A stretch of 64,000 bases of DNA, taken from the NCBI GenBank assembly GCA_040396175.1, contig JBEBOZ010000005.1, positions 20,265 through 84,264 on the forward strand, in the 5' to 3' direction. The translations under genes were made by a program, and so were the position numbers. This document shows positions 48,340 to 57,475 of the stretch, one piece after another (positions within the stretch are counted from its first letter, which is position 1; each line of letters begins with the position of its first letter). The notes under the pieces were generated by a model that worked only from the letters and a program-made list of their open reading frames with translations, ran no database searches and was not told the DNA's origin. This stretch comes from Comamonas sp. GTDB taxonomy: Bacteria > Pseudomonadota > Gammaproteobacteria > Burkholderiales > Burkholderiaceae_C.

Positions 48340-49719
48340 ATGGAGACATTGCCATCCACACCGGTCCCCGGCAAGCGCGCCACGGCCGCAGAGGGGCTGG
48401 CTGCCACGCAGCGCAAGCCGCGGGCTGCAGAGGGTGACAGCGACAGCGCGGGGCAGACCTCTGCTGCTGGCTTTTCCCGGCTGCTGCAGGCTGCCGCACA
48501 ACCGGAAGGCAGCGATGCTGCGTTGACGGATGTGGGTGCGATGGGAGTAGACCCCAGCCTCGGGTTGACAGTGCAGCAGCCGCTGCCGCAACCGGAGGTC
48601 GTGGTGGAGGCGGATGCGACGTCCATGACCATGATGGTGGGCGATGCGGCCTGGACGGTGCAAAGCCTGGTGGGACAGACTGCCCGCATGGACCAGTCCG
48701 CCGATGTGGCATTGCGCAATGGCTCTCATCTGCAGACGCGGATGGATGCGGGCGACCCCTTGGGTTTGATGCGCAGTGCGGCCCAGAGCGCGCTGGGCGC
48801 TGCATCCCAGGTGCCGGTGGTGGCGCAGGGCGTAGCCCAGGCTTTGGGCGGTGGCGTGCTGCAGGCGGTGGCACAGGGCGATGTGGCCGGGGCTGCCGCA
48901 TGGAATGCCGTCAGCGATACCGCACAGTCCGTGGTGGATGCCATGGCCGATGCCATGAAGTCTGACGACGGTGACGCGCTGTCGCGCGGCGAGCGCGGCA
49001 GCGAAGGGCGTGTCAGCCTGCAAGGCCAATGGACGGCCACCGACCGCCAAGCGCAGCCTGCCGAGGTGATGCAGCGCCTGCTGGGGCAGATGTCGCAATT
49101 CCTGTCGGCCACGGGCGCCACTGAGGCCGCGGGGCTGCGCCGTGCCGGCAGCAAATCGGTCGATGATACGGCCGCTTCTGCCCAGGATGCTGCCGCCGTG
49201 CCTCCAGGCGCCGGGATTGGCGCTGGAACAGGGCGTTTGCAGGACAACGCCGTGGCGCAGGCCGCCGCCGGCCAGCAGACGTCCAACGGAGATGCGCAGG
49301 GTGCGCAGGCCGAGCCGGACATGGCGTTCTGGATGAATTCCCGCCAGCAACGCGCCGAAGTGGTGCTGGACCGGGACGGCGCGCCGGTCCGCGTGCAGGT
49401 CACCATGGAAGGCAGTACCGCCCATGTGACGTTCCGCAGCGACGAGCAGGCCACCCGGTCCATGCTGGATGCCAGCGTGGCCCAGCTGCGTGACATGCTG
49501 GCCGCCCAGGGGGTGGAGCTGGCAGGGGTGCAGGTGGATGCGCAGGCCGGAGGCCGCCAGCAAGGCGATTCCTCTGGTGCGCAGGAGGCTTTCATGCCCG
49601 AGGGCGCGCGCCGCGTGCGGTTGCCATCGCAGGCGGGGGCCGAGCAGACGCCCGGCCTGCAGCGTGCGGGCAGCGGCAGCGGCAGCGGCAGCGGCCAAGG
49701 GGTCGATATTTTTGCGTGA
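48340..49719 (+). CDS. fliK: Hook-length control protein FliK
   Basis: Low-complexity N-terminus, C-terminal VRVQVTMEG...LRDMLAAQGVEL, terminal VDIFA. Confidence 0.8.
   Translation: METLPSTPVPGKRATAAEGLAATQRKPRAAEGDSDSAGQTSAAGFSRLLQAAAQPEGSDAALTDVGAMGVDPSLGLTVQQPLPQPEVVVEADATSMTMMVGDAAWTVQSLVGQTARMDQSADVALRNGSHLQTRMDAGDPLGLMRSAAQSALGAASQVPVVAQGVAQALGGGVLQAVAQGDVAGAAAWNAVSDTAQSVVDAMADAMKSDDGDALSRGERGSEGRVSLQGQWTATDRQAQPAEVMQRLLGQMSQFLSATGATEAAGLRRAGSKSVDDTAASAQDAAAVPPGAGIGAGTGRLQDNAVAQAAAGQQTSNGDAQGAQAEPDMAFWMNSRQQRAEVVLDRDGAPVRVQVTMEGSTAHVTFRSDEQATRSMLDASVAQLRDMLAAQGVELAGVQVDAQAGGRQQGDSSGAQEAFMPEGARRVRLPSQAGAEQTPGLQRAGSGSGSGSGQGVDIFA
49669..49695 (+). repeat. (GGCAGC)4.5 in-frame tandem repeat in fliK
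   Basis: Read directly; encodes GSGSGSGSG. Confidence 0.9.
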
Positions 49720-49899
49720 ACGGCAAAAAACACGCTCTGTATACAAGAGCGAAGCCACCAGGGGCGCCGAGTGCGCCCCTTGTCACGTCTGCTGCACTGC
49801 AAGGCGATGGCGCCGGGATTCACGGCTGCGTGGGTGCTGCAATGCAACAGAAAAGAGGGTTTTCTGCCCACTGGAGCGGAACACCGGGCGTGAGCGGCA

Positions 49900-49960
49900 G
49901 GGATTGGGCGATGTTTCGGCGCTTTATTCTGGCTATGATTTCGACCGTGCCCGGAATAAT
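49900..49960 (+). promoter_or_regulatory. Class-2 promoter of the fliL operon
   Basis: GGGATTG-N17-TTATTCT-N24-AATAAT. Confidence 0.65.
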
Positions 49961-50119
49961 TGGCACCCAAAGGCCCGTATCAGGCCTGAGCCAGCGTAGT
50001 GCGGCGCCCTGTCCAATGGCCGGATCAGTCTGACAAATCAGGCTGTGAAGTCCGCGCAGGGCGATGTCACCCGCCGGCTCGGCGCCGGGCAGTCCCATTT
50101 TCCACGCAAGGAATCACAC

Positions 50120-50680
50120 GTGTCCGCCACTTCTTCTGCAGCATCTCCTGGCAAAGAACCTGCCAAGAGCAAAAAACTGATCGTGATCGGTGCCGTTGTC
50201 GCTTTGCTGGTGATCGTCGCGGCCGCGCTGGGCCTGTTTCTGGTGAACAAGCAACGCCATGCCGCCGATGATGATGCGCAGGAGTCGAAAGCCGCCGCCG
50301 TGCTGGTGCCGACCTTCCTGCCCATGGAAAACATGGTGGTGAATCTGGCCGATACCGGCGGTGACCGCTTCGCGCAGATCGGCATCACGCTGGAGCTGCA
50401 GGACGAGAAAACCTCGGCCTCCGTCAAGCAGTACATGCCCAGCATCCGCAATGGTGTGCTGATGCTGGTGTCGCAGCGCACGGCCGAAGAGCTGCTGCGC
50501 CGCGAAGGCAAGGAAAAGCTGGCGGCCGACATTCTGGCCGAAGTCTCGCGTCCGCTGGGCGTGCGCCCCAGTGCCGCACGTGTCGAGCATGACGCCGATG
50601 ATGGCGAGGAAGAAGAGCGTCCCCGTCGCCGTGCCAATCCGGTGCGCCGCGTGCTGTTCTCCAGCTTCATCATTCAGTAA
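50120..50680 (+). CDS. fliL: FliL
   Basis: Single TM helix, MVVNLAD, VLFSSFIIQ; AAGGA SD and GTG start. Confidence 0.93.
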   Translation: MSATSSAASPGKEPAKSKKLIVIGAVVALLVIVAAALGLFLVNKQRHAADDDAQESKAAAVLVPTFLPMENMVVNLADTGGDRFAQIGITLELQDEKTSASVKQYMPSIRNGVLMLVSQRTAEELLRREGKEKLAADILAEVSRPLGVRPSAARVEHDADDGEEEERPRRRANPVRRVLFSSFIIQ

Positions 50681-50701
50681 GCAAGTGCGGGAGTACAGGG
50701 C

Positions 50702-51706
50702 ATGAGTGATTCTTTTCTCTCGCAAGAGGAAGTTGACGCCCTTCTGGAAGGGGTGACCGGCGAGAGCCAGAAGTCAGACGCTGGCGACGTCGATGAAGCC
50801 AACGTACGCAACTACGACATCTCCAGCCAGGAACGCATCGTCCGCGGACGCATGCCGACCATGGAAATCGTGAACGAGCGTTTCGCGCGCAACTTCCGTA
50901 TCGGCCTGTTCAACTTCATCCGCCGCAGCCCCGAAGTCTCGGTGGGCACGGTGAGCGTGCAGCGCTACAGCGCTTTCCTGCGCCGTCTGGCGGTACCGAC
51001 CAATTTCAATATCGTGGCCATCCGCCCCTTGCGCGGCAATGGCCTGGTGGTGTGCGACCCCTCGCTGGTGTTCGGCATCATCGACACCCTGTACGGCGGC
51101 GCAGGCCGTCTGCAGACCCGTATCGAGGGCCGCGATTTCTCCGCCACCGAGCAGCGTGTGATCAACCGTCTGGTGGATGTGATCTGCGAGGAATACAAAA
51201 AGGCCTGGCACGGCATCTATCCGCTGGAGCTGGCCTACCAGCGCTCGGAAATGCAGCCGCAGTTCGCGAACATCGCCACGCCCAGCGAAATCGTGGTGTC
51301 CACCGCGTTCCAGCTGGAAATCGGCGACATCTCCGGCTCCATCCACATGTGCTATCCGTATGCCACATTGGAGCCGATTCGCGACATTCTGTATTCGTCC
51401 ACGCAGGGCGACTCCATGGAAGTGGACCGCCGCTGGGTCAAGGTGCTGACGCGGGAAATCCAGTCGGCCGAAGTGACGCTGGTGGCCGAGCTGGCCCGCG
51501 CCGATGCGACCGTGGAGCAGCTGCTGGCCATGAAGCCGGGCGACTTTATCGAATTGGACCGTGAGCCACGTATCAAGGCATCGATCGGCGGTGTGCCGGT
51601 GTTCGATTGCCAGTACGGGACTTACAACAACAAATACGCCATCCGCGTGGAGCAATGCCTGCGCGGGGTGGATGCAAACTGGACGGGAGATAAGAATGGC
51701 AACTGA
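50702..51706 (+). CDS. fliM: Switch protein FliM
   Basis: LSQEEVDALL, RMPTMEIVNERFAR. Confidence 0.97.
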   Translation: MSDSFLSQEEVDALLEGVTGESQKSDAGDVDEANVRNYDISSQERIVRGRMPTMEIVNERFARNFRIGLFNFIRRSPEVSVGTVSVQRYSAFLRRLAVPTNFNIVAIRPLRGNGLVVCDPSLVFGIIDTLYGGAGRLQTRIEGRDFSATEQRVINRLVDVICEEYKKAWHGIYPLELAYQRSEMQPQFANIATPSEIVVSTAFQLEIGDISGSIHMCYPYATLEPIRDILYSSTQGDSMEVDRRWVKVLTREIQSAEVTLVAELARADATVEQLLAMKPGDFIELDREPRIKASIGGVPVFDCQYGTYNNKYAIRVEQCLRGVDANWTGDKNGN

Positions 51707-52142
51707 CCAAAATACCGACGCCGCAGGCGCGGGCGCAGGCGATGATCCGTTTGCCGATTGGGCCGAAGCACTGGGCGAGCAGAAAAAGGTCGATGACCAG
51801 CAGTCCGTGCTGGATGCCGAACAAGGGGGACCGCTGAGCGGCGAACCCGCTTTTGCCCGCGGTACGGAAGTGCCGGTCAACGACATCAACATGGTGCTGG
51901 ACATCCCGGTCCAGCTGTCGGTGGAGCTGGGCCGCACCAAGGTGCCCATCAAATACATCCTGCAACTGGCCCAGGGGTCGGTGGTGGAGTTGGACGCGTT
52001 GGCCGGTGAACCCATGGACGTGCTGGTCAATGGCTACCTGATCGCCCAGGGCGAGGTGGTGGTGGTGAACGACAAGTTCGGTATTCGCCTGACCGACGTG
52101 GTCACGCCGTCCGAACGTCTGCGCCGCGTCAGCCGTGGATAA
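51696..52142 (+). CDS. fliN: Switch protein FliN
   Basis: DIPVQLSVELGRT, GEVVVVNDKFGIR. Confidence 0.97.
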   Translation: MATDQNTDAAGAGAGDDPFADWAEALGEQKKVDDQQSVLDAEQGGPLSGEPAFARGTEVPVNDINMVLDIPVQLSVELGRTKVPIKYILQLAQGSVVELDALAGEPMDVLVNGYLIAQGEVVVVNDKFGIRLTDVVTPSERLRRVSRG

Positions 52143-52524
52143 CTCGGCGACCGCGTCCGTCTCCAGCTTCCAGACCATTGCGGTGCTGGTGCTGTTCATC
52201 GCCGTGATGGCGGTGCTGCCCTGGTTGCTGCGCCGTTGGCAGCAGCGCCAGATGGTGGCGCGGGGCGTGCAGGGCGTGCAGACCCAGGTGCTGTCCACCG
52301 TGGCGCTGTCGCCCGGCCAGCGTATTGTGGTGGTCGAGGTGGGCCAGGGCGGGCACAGCACGCGCCTGGTGCTGGGTGTCACGGCCCAGAACATCCACTG
52401 CCTGCACGTGCTGGGCGGTGCCGCACCTGCGGACGCGGCGGCGGTTTCCGCGGCCTCGTTTGCCGGTGCGATGGAACAGCTTCAGCAGGCCAGCAGCCAG
52501 CCGGCGGCCAGCACACACCCTTGA
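52135..52524 (+). CDS. fliO: FliO
   Basis: TM helix, LSPGQRIVVVEVG, LVLGVT. Confidence 0.88.
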   Translation: MDNSATASVSSFQTIAVLVLFIAVMAVLPWLLRRWQQRQMVARGVQGVQTQVLSTVALSPGQRIVVVEVGQGGHSTRLVLGVTAQNIHCLHVLGGAAPADAAAVSAASFAGAMEQLQQASSQPAASTHP

Positions 52525-52588
52525 AACCTGCGGCGGCGCAGCCTGCGCTGCCGGGTGCACAACCTGATTTCTTTCTGGACTCCCTCCC

Positions 52589-53347
52589 ATGTCTCGCACT
52601 TCCCTTTTGGCCAAACTGGCAGTCTGCGCGCTGACCTGTGCGGTGGTGCCGCAGATGGCCTGGGCGCAGAACGCGCCCAGCCTGCCGCTGCTGGTGGGTT
52701 CGGGAGGCGGCGGCACCAATTTTTCGGTGCCCATCCAGACCCTGCTGTTCTTCACGGCACTGTCTTTTCTGCCGGCGATTTTGCTGATGATGACGGGCTT
52801 CACTCGCATCGTCATTGTGCTGAGCCTGCTGCGCCAGGCCCTGGGCACGCAGTCTTCCCCGCCCAACCAGGTGATCATCGGTCTGTCGCTGTTCCTCACC
52901 TTGTTCGTGATGGGGCCCACGCTGGACCGTGTCTATGAGGAAGCCTACAAGCCTTACAGCAGCGGTGCCATCACCTTCGAGGCGGCGGTGGGCAAGGCCG
53001 AACTGCCGATGCGCGACTTCATGCAGCGCCAGACCCGCCAGTCCGACTATGCGCTGTTTGCCCGCCTGGCCAAGCTGCCGGCGGACACCAAGATTGAAGA
53101 TGCGCCTTTCCGCGTGGTGGTGCCGGCGTTTGTGATCAGCGAGCTGAAGACCGCGTTCCAGATCGGGTTCATGATCTTCATTCCCTTTCTGATTATCGAC
53201 ATGGTGGTGTCTTCCATCCTGATGTCGCTGGGCATGATGATGCTGTCGCCGGTGCTGGTGGCGCTGCCCTTCAAGATCATGCTGTTCGTGCTGGCGGATG
53301 GCTGGAATCTGCTGATCGGTTCGCTGGCCTCCAGCTTTGCCATCTAG
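52589..53347 (+). CDS. fliP: FliP
   Basis: MTGFTRIVIVLSLLRQALG, SELKTAFQIG, LPFKIMLFVLADGW. Confidence 0.97.
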   Translation: MSRTSLLAKLAVCALTCAVVPQMAWAQNAPSLPLLVGSGGGGTNFSVPIQTLLFFTALSFLPAILLMMTGFTRIVIVLSLLRQALGTQSSPPNQVIIGLSLFLTLFVMGPTLDRVYEEAYKPYSSGAITFEAAVGKAELPMRDFMQRQTRQSDYALFARLAKLPADTKIEDAPFRVVVPAFVISELKTAFQIGFMIFIPFLIIDMVVSSILMSLGMMMLSPVLVALPFKIMLFVLADGWNLLIGSLASSFAI

Positions 53348-53358
53348 AAGGAGCGTCC

Positions 53359-53628
53359 ATGAATGCCCAGTCGGTACTGACCTTTGGCCGCGAAGCGCTG
53401 ACCTTGCTGCTGATGATTTCCCTGCCCGTGCTGCTGACGGTGATGGCCGTGGGCCTGGTGGTCAGTATTTTCCAGGCGGTGACGCAGATCAACGAGAACA
53501 CCTTGTCCTTCGTGCCCAAGCTGGTGGCGGCGGTGTTGGTGTTCCTGATCGCCGGGCCGTGGATGTTGAGCACGGTGGTGGACTTCATCCGCCGCACCAT
53601 CGAAAACATTCCGCTGGCGCTGGGCTGA
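53359..53628 (+). CDS. fliQ: FliQ
   Basis: FQAVTQINENTLSFVPK. Confidence 0.97.
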   Translation: MNAQSVLTFGREALTLLLMISLPVLLTVMAVGLVVSIFQAVTQINENTLSFVPKLVAAVLVFLIAGPWMLSTVVDFIRRTIENIPLALG

Positions 53629-53674
53629 CGCGCAGCGGCTCCCGGTTTCGGCACATTCTCACAGGCGGCACACG

Positions 53675-54448
53675 GTGTTTGGCTTCTCCGAGCAGCAGAT
53701 CATGGCCTGGCTGTCGCCAATCATCTGGCCGTTTCTGCGCACATTGGCCATGTTCTCGGTGGCGCCGGTGTTCTCGCAAAGAGCCATCCCGGCGCGGGGC
53801 AAGGTGGCCATGGCCTTTGTGGTGGCACTGGGCGCCCAGGCCACGCTGATCGACCAGCCGGTGGTCAGCATCAACTCCCCGGACGCTCTGGGCACGGTGC
53901 TGCAGCAAGTCGGCGTGGGTCTGGCGATCGGTTTTGCCGCACGCCTGGCGATCGCGGCCGTGGAAGTGGCCGGGGAACTGGTGGGCCTGCAGATGGGCCT
54001 GAACTTCGCCTCTTTCTTCGATCCGGTCAGCAATGCGCAACTCAGCGCCATCTCGCGTTTTCTGGTGCAGATCTTCACGCTGCTGTTCATTGCGATCAAC
54101 GGCCACCTGGTGGTGCTGATGGCGGTGATCAAAAGCTTTGACGCCTTCCCGGTGAACGGGCATTTCATGCAGTCGGTGGCGCAGATGCGCATCCACGAGC
54201 TGGGCAGTGCCATTTTCTCCAGCGCGCTGTGGATCGCCCTGCCCATGATGGCGCTGCTTCTGTTCGTGAACCTGACCATGGGCATCATCTCGCGCATTGC
54301 GCCGCAGATGAACATTTTTGCCGTGGGCTTTCCCGTCACGTTGACGGTGGGCATGCTGGGCATCACCGCCACCCTGCCGATGATGGAGCAGCCGCTGCTG
54401 CGCATGTTCGAGCAGGCCCTGGGCGTGTTTGGCGCGGTGTCGTTCTAG
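53675..54448 (+). CDS. fliR: FliR
   Basis: GLQMGLNFASFFDP, RIAPQMNIFAVGFP. Confidence 0.96.
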   Translation: MFGFSEQQIMAWLSPIIWPFLRTLAMFSVAPVFSQRAIPARGKVAMAFVVALGAQATLIDQPVVSINSPDALGTVLQQVGVGLAIGFAARLAIAAVEVAGELVGLQMGLNFASFFDPVSNAQLSAISRFLVQIFTLLFIAINGHLVVLMAVIKSFDAFPVNGHFMQSVAQMRIHELGSAIFSSALWIALPMMALLLFVNLTMGIISRIAPQMNIFAVGFPVTLTVGMLGITATLPMMEQPLLRMFEQALGVFGAVSF

Positions 54449-54659
54449 CAGCGGCTCCACAGGGCGGTGCGTGGCGGGATGTCACCCGTGCTGCACGCGC
54501 TCCGGGCCAGTTTTTCATGCACCCGCAGTGCATACGGTGATTTGCCTGTTTTTTAAGCAGTCTTTGCACCAGGTTCGCTCGAATCGAGCCATGTGGGCAT
54601 GGCCGAATGCCAAGCAGCCACGCCCGGAACTGCCGCAGCGCAGCCAGCAGTGCCGTGGC

Positions 54660-55289
54660 TCAGACCAGGTTGTTGCGGATGGCGTAGACCGTCAGCTCGG
54701 CATTGTTGGCCAGTTGCAGCTTTTCCAGCACTCGGGCGCGGTAGACGCTCACCGTCTTCGGGCTGAGCATCAGCTCCTCGGCGATATCGGTCAGCCGCCG
54801 GCCGGTAGCAATTTTCTGCAGTGTCTGCATCTCGCGCTCGGACAGGGTTTCGTGCAGCACCTCGGCCTGGGGCTGGGCCACGCTCTCGGCCAGCATCTGT
54901 GCGACTTCGGCCGTCAGGTATTTGCGCCCCTGCATGACCATGCGCACGGCCTCGATCAGCTGCACCGGATCGCCCGCCTTGTTGGCATAGCCCTGGGCCC
55001 CGGCCTTGAGGCTGCGCAGCGCGTACTGGTCTTCGGGGTACATGGAGACCATGATGACCTTGATCTCCGGGTGCGTCTCACGCACGCTGCTCAGCACTTC
55101 CAGGCCGTTGCGGCCGGGCATGTTGATGTCCAGCAGCAGCACTTCACAGGCGGCGGTGCGCAGGGCTTCGCGCAGCTCGGTATAGCTGGCGGCCTCGGCG
55201 GTGACGCGGATGTCGGTGGCTTCCTGCAAGGTGTCCCGGATGCCGCGGCGCAGCACGGCATGGTCGTCGCATAGCACTACTTGGATCAC
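54660..55289 (-). CDS. NarL/LuxR-family (UvrY/GacA-like) response regulator
   Basis: CDDHAVLR, LLDINMPG, LSERE...LSPKTVSVYRARVLEKL. Confidence 0.92.
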   Translation of the reverse strand: MIQVVLCDDHAVLRRGIRDTLQEATDIRVTAEAASYTELREALRTAACEVLLLDINMPGRNGLEVLSSVRETHPEIKVIMVSMYPEDQYALRSLKAGAQGYANKAGDPVQLIEAVRMVMQGRKYLTAEVAQMLAESVAQPQAEVLHETLSEREMQTLQKIATGRRLTDIAEELMLSPKTVSVYRARVLEKLQLANNAELTVYAIRNNLV

Positions 55290-56425
55290 AGCGTTTCCTC
55301 GGCAAATTCAGCACCAGACACCGATGGTAGTGGGATGGAGACAATGATGCTGCTGCCTTTCCCTATTTGGCTGCTGACATCCAGCCACCCCCCCACGGTG
55401 CGGGCGCGTTCGGCCAGGCCGCGCAGGCCGAACGCCTTGGGCTTGTCGCGTTGGGCCGGGGCGATGCCGCAGCCGTTGTCGCGCACTTCCACCGTTAGCA
55501 CCCCCTCGGCGTCCGACATCTCGATGTGCACGGCCGTGGCCTGGGCGTATTTGGAGACATTGGTCAGCGCTTCCTGGGTGGTGCGGTAGGCGACCAGCTG
55601 GATGTTGGATGCCAGACTGTTGTGTAAAGGCGACAATCTCAGCGCCACGGGAATGCCGGTGCGGCGCTCGAACCCTTCGGCCAGCCACTGGATGGCGGCG
55701 GCCAGGCCCTGGTCCAGCACGGGGGGGCGCAGGTCCAGCATGATGCGCTGGCTGGCGCCCAGGGCATGCTGCAGCATCTCCAGTGCGGACTGGGCGTGCT
55801 GTAGCACCTGGGGCTGGGTGGCGGTATTGCGCGCAATCCATGACAGGTCGAACTTCACGGCAGTGAGTGCCCCGCCGATGTCATCGTGGATTTCCCGGGC
55901 AATGGCGGTGCGTTCCTGCTCGATCGAGGTCTGCAGGTGCTCCGTCAGGTCGGCCAGGCGCCGTTCCGATGCGGCCAGCTCGGCGGCTGCCAGCTCGCGT
56001 GCGCGCCGGGCGTCGTGCACTTCCAGGGCGCGCTCCAGCACGTGGGGCAGCCGCGCCATATCGTCTTTGAGCAGGTAGTCGGAAATCCCCAGGCGGATGG
56101 CGTCGACGGCCGCGGCCTCGCCAATGGCCCCGGACAGCAGGACAAACGGCGGGCAGGGTGATATCCGTTGTGCACCTTCCCAGGCGTCGATGGCGGTAAA
56201 CCCGGGGAGGTAGTAGTCCGCCAGCACCAGATCATAGGAACTGGCGGCCAATGCCTCCAGGAAAGCCGGAAGCTGATCGACGCAATCGATCTGGCAGACC
56301 CGTTGCGCACGGCGCAAAGTCAGTGCTGCCAGTCGTTGATCGGCTTGTGAATCCTCAAGGTGGAGGATCAGGAGGGGTCTATCTGTTGGATCAGGACCCA
56401 GAAGGGGCGCTATCATAGGATACAT
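55286..56425 (-). CDS. Soluble hybrid histidine kinase, REC-HisKA_3-HATPase
   Basis: N-terminal HLED...LADYYLPG receiver; IAREIHDDIGG; QEALTNV, DNGCG, FGLRGL; no TM segment. Confidence 0.9.
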   Translation of the reverse strand: MYPMIAPLLGPDPTDRPLLILHLEDSQADQRLAALTLRRAQRVCQIDCVDQLPAFLEALAASSYDLVLADYYLPGFTAIDAWEGAQRISPCPPFVLLSGAIGEAAAVDAIRLGISDYLLKDDMARLPHVLERALEVHDARRARELAAAELAASERRLADLTEHLQTSIEQERTAIAREIHDDIGGALTAVKFDLSWIARNTATQPQVLQHAQSALEMLQHALGASQRIMLDLRPPVLDQGLAAAIQWLAEGFERRTGIPVALRLSPLHNSLASNIQLVAYRTTQEALTNVSKYAQATAVHIEMSDAEGVLTVEVRDNGCGIAPAQRDKPKAFGLRGLAERARTVGGWLDVSSQIGKGSSIIVSIPLPSVSGAEFAEETL

Positions 56426-56584
56426 CTTGGAACAAACGTGCAGGCTGGCGGTACGCTACAGCTTTGAAGTTAGGGCTCATTCCCCTGCACGTCCACAGCA
56501 GAGCCACAAGGTGATGCGCCTGCGCAGGCGCCCACCGGGTGAACTCCTGTCCAAGCTTTGCACCTGCCCCTGAATGGAGAAACG

Positions 56585-57034
56585 ATGCATTCAACGCTAT
56601 CACCGACCGGAGAACCTGCTGTTCAGGTGCCTGTCATGGTTGCGGCGGAATTGCAGGATTCCCTGTTGGTCGTCATGCGCGACCTTCATCGACTGGAAGG
56701 GCTCCTCAATCATGCCACGTCCAATTTGCTGGAACGGTTTTCTGAAGCCAACGGCCTGCTCTCGGGCACCGGCGCAGTGGACCGCAACGAGCTCGAAGCC
56801 GCACGCCATGCCTTGCGCAGCGCCGTCACGGAGCTGCAATTCCATGACATGGCCACCCAGTTGATCTGGCACACCACCCAGGTGTTGCAGGGGTGTGCGT
56901 TCCGGCTCGCGGCGGAGACCATGGGCGTGGAAGAAGGGGAACTGCCTTCGGAGCCTGCACAATCCATGATGCCGGAACGCCCTAACCCTGTGACCCAAAG
57001 CGAAATGGACGCGGGTTCGGTGGATTTGTTCTAA
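56585..57034 (+). CDS. Chemotaxis-associated orphan protein (CheZ-like or McpA C-terminal-like)
   Basis: ELQFHDMATQLI motif and NPVTQSEMDAGSVDLF tail; GGAGA SD; first gene of the che operon. Confidence 0.7.
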   Translation: MHSTLSPTGEPAVQVPVMVAAELQDSLLVVMRDLHRLEGLLNHATSNLLERFSEANGLLSGTGAVDRNELEAARHALRSAVTELQFHDMATQLIWHTTQVLQGCAFRLAAETMGVEEGELPSEPAQSMMPERPNPVTQSEMDAGSVDLF

Positions 57035-57079
57035 GACGCTGTCCTGTTTACTAATTCCAAAGTCAGTTGGAGCCCATAC

Positions 57080-57442
57080 ATGCAATCGATCCTCGCTGTA
57101 GATGACTCACCATCCATGCGCAAGATGGTGTCGTTCACCCTGTCCGGCGCAGGCTACAAAGTCGTCGAGGCCGTGGACGGCATGGACGCGCTGGAAAAAG
57201 CAGAAGCACAACAGATAGATCTGGTGCTGGCTGACCAGAACATGCCGCGTCTGGATGGCATCGGCCTCACCAAGAAACTGCGCGAGCATCCGCGTTTCAA
57301 GAACACCCCGATTCTGATCCTGACCACCGAGTCCAGCGACCAGATGAAGCAGGCTGGGCGCGCGGCTGGCGCTACCGGCTGGCTGGTCAAGCCGTTCGAT
57401 CCGAACCGCCTGATCGAAGTCATTCAAAAAGTAATCCGCTAA
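57080..57442 (+). CDS. cheY: Second CheY
   Basis: ILAVDDSPSMRKMV, DQNMP, ILTTES, GWLVKPF. Confidence 0.93.
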   Translation: MQSILAVDDSPSMRKMVSFTLSGAGYKVVEAVDGMDALEKAEAQQIDLVLADQNMPRLDGIGLTKKLREHPRFKNTPILILTTESSDQMKQAGRAAGATGWLVKPFDPNRLIEVIQKVIR

Positions 57443-57475
57443 GCAGCGGCGCAGCAGGCGATCACAGGAGCCTAC

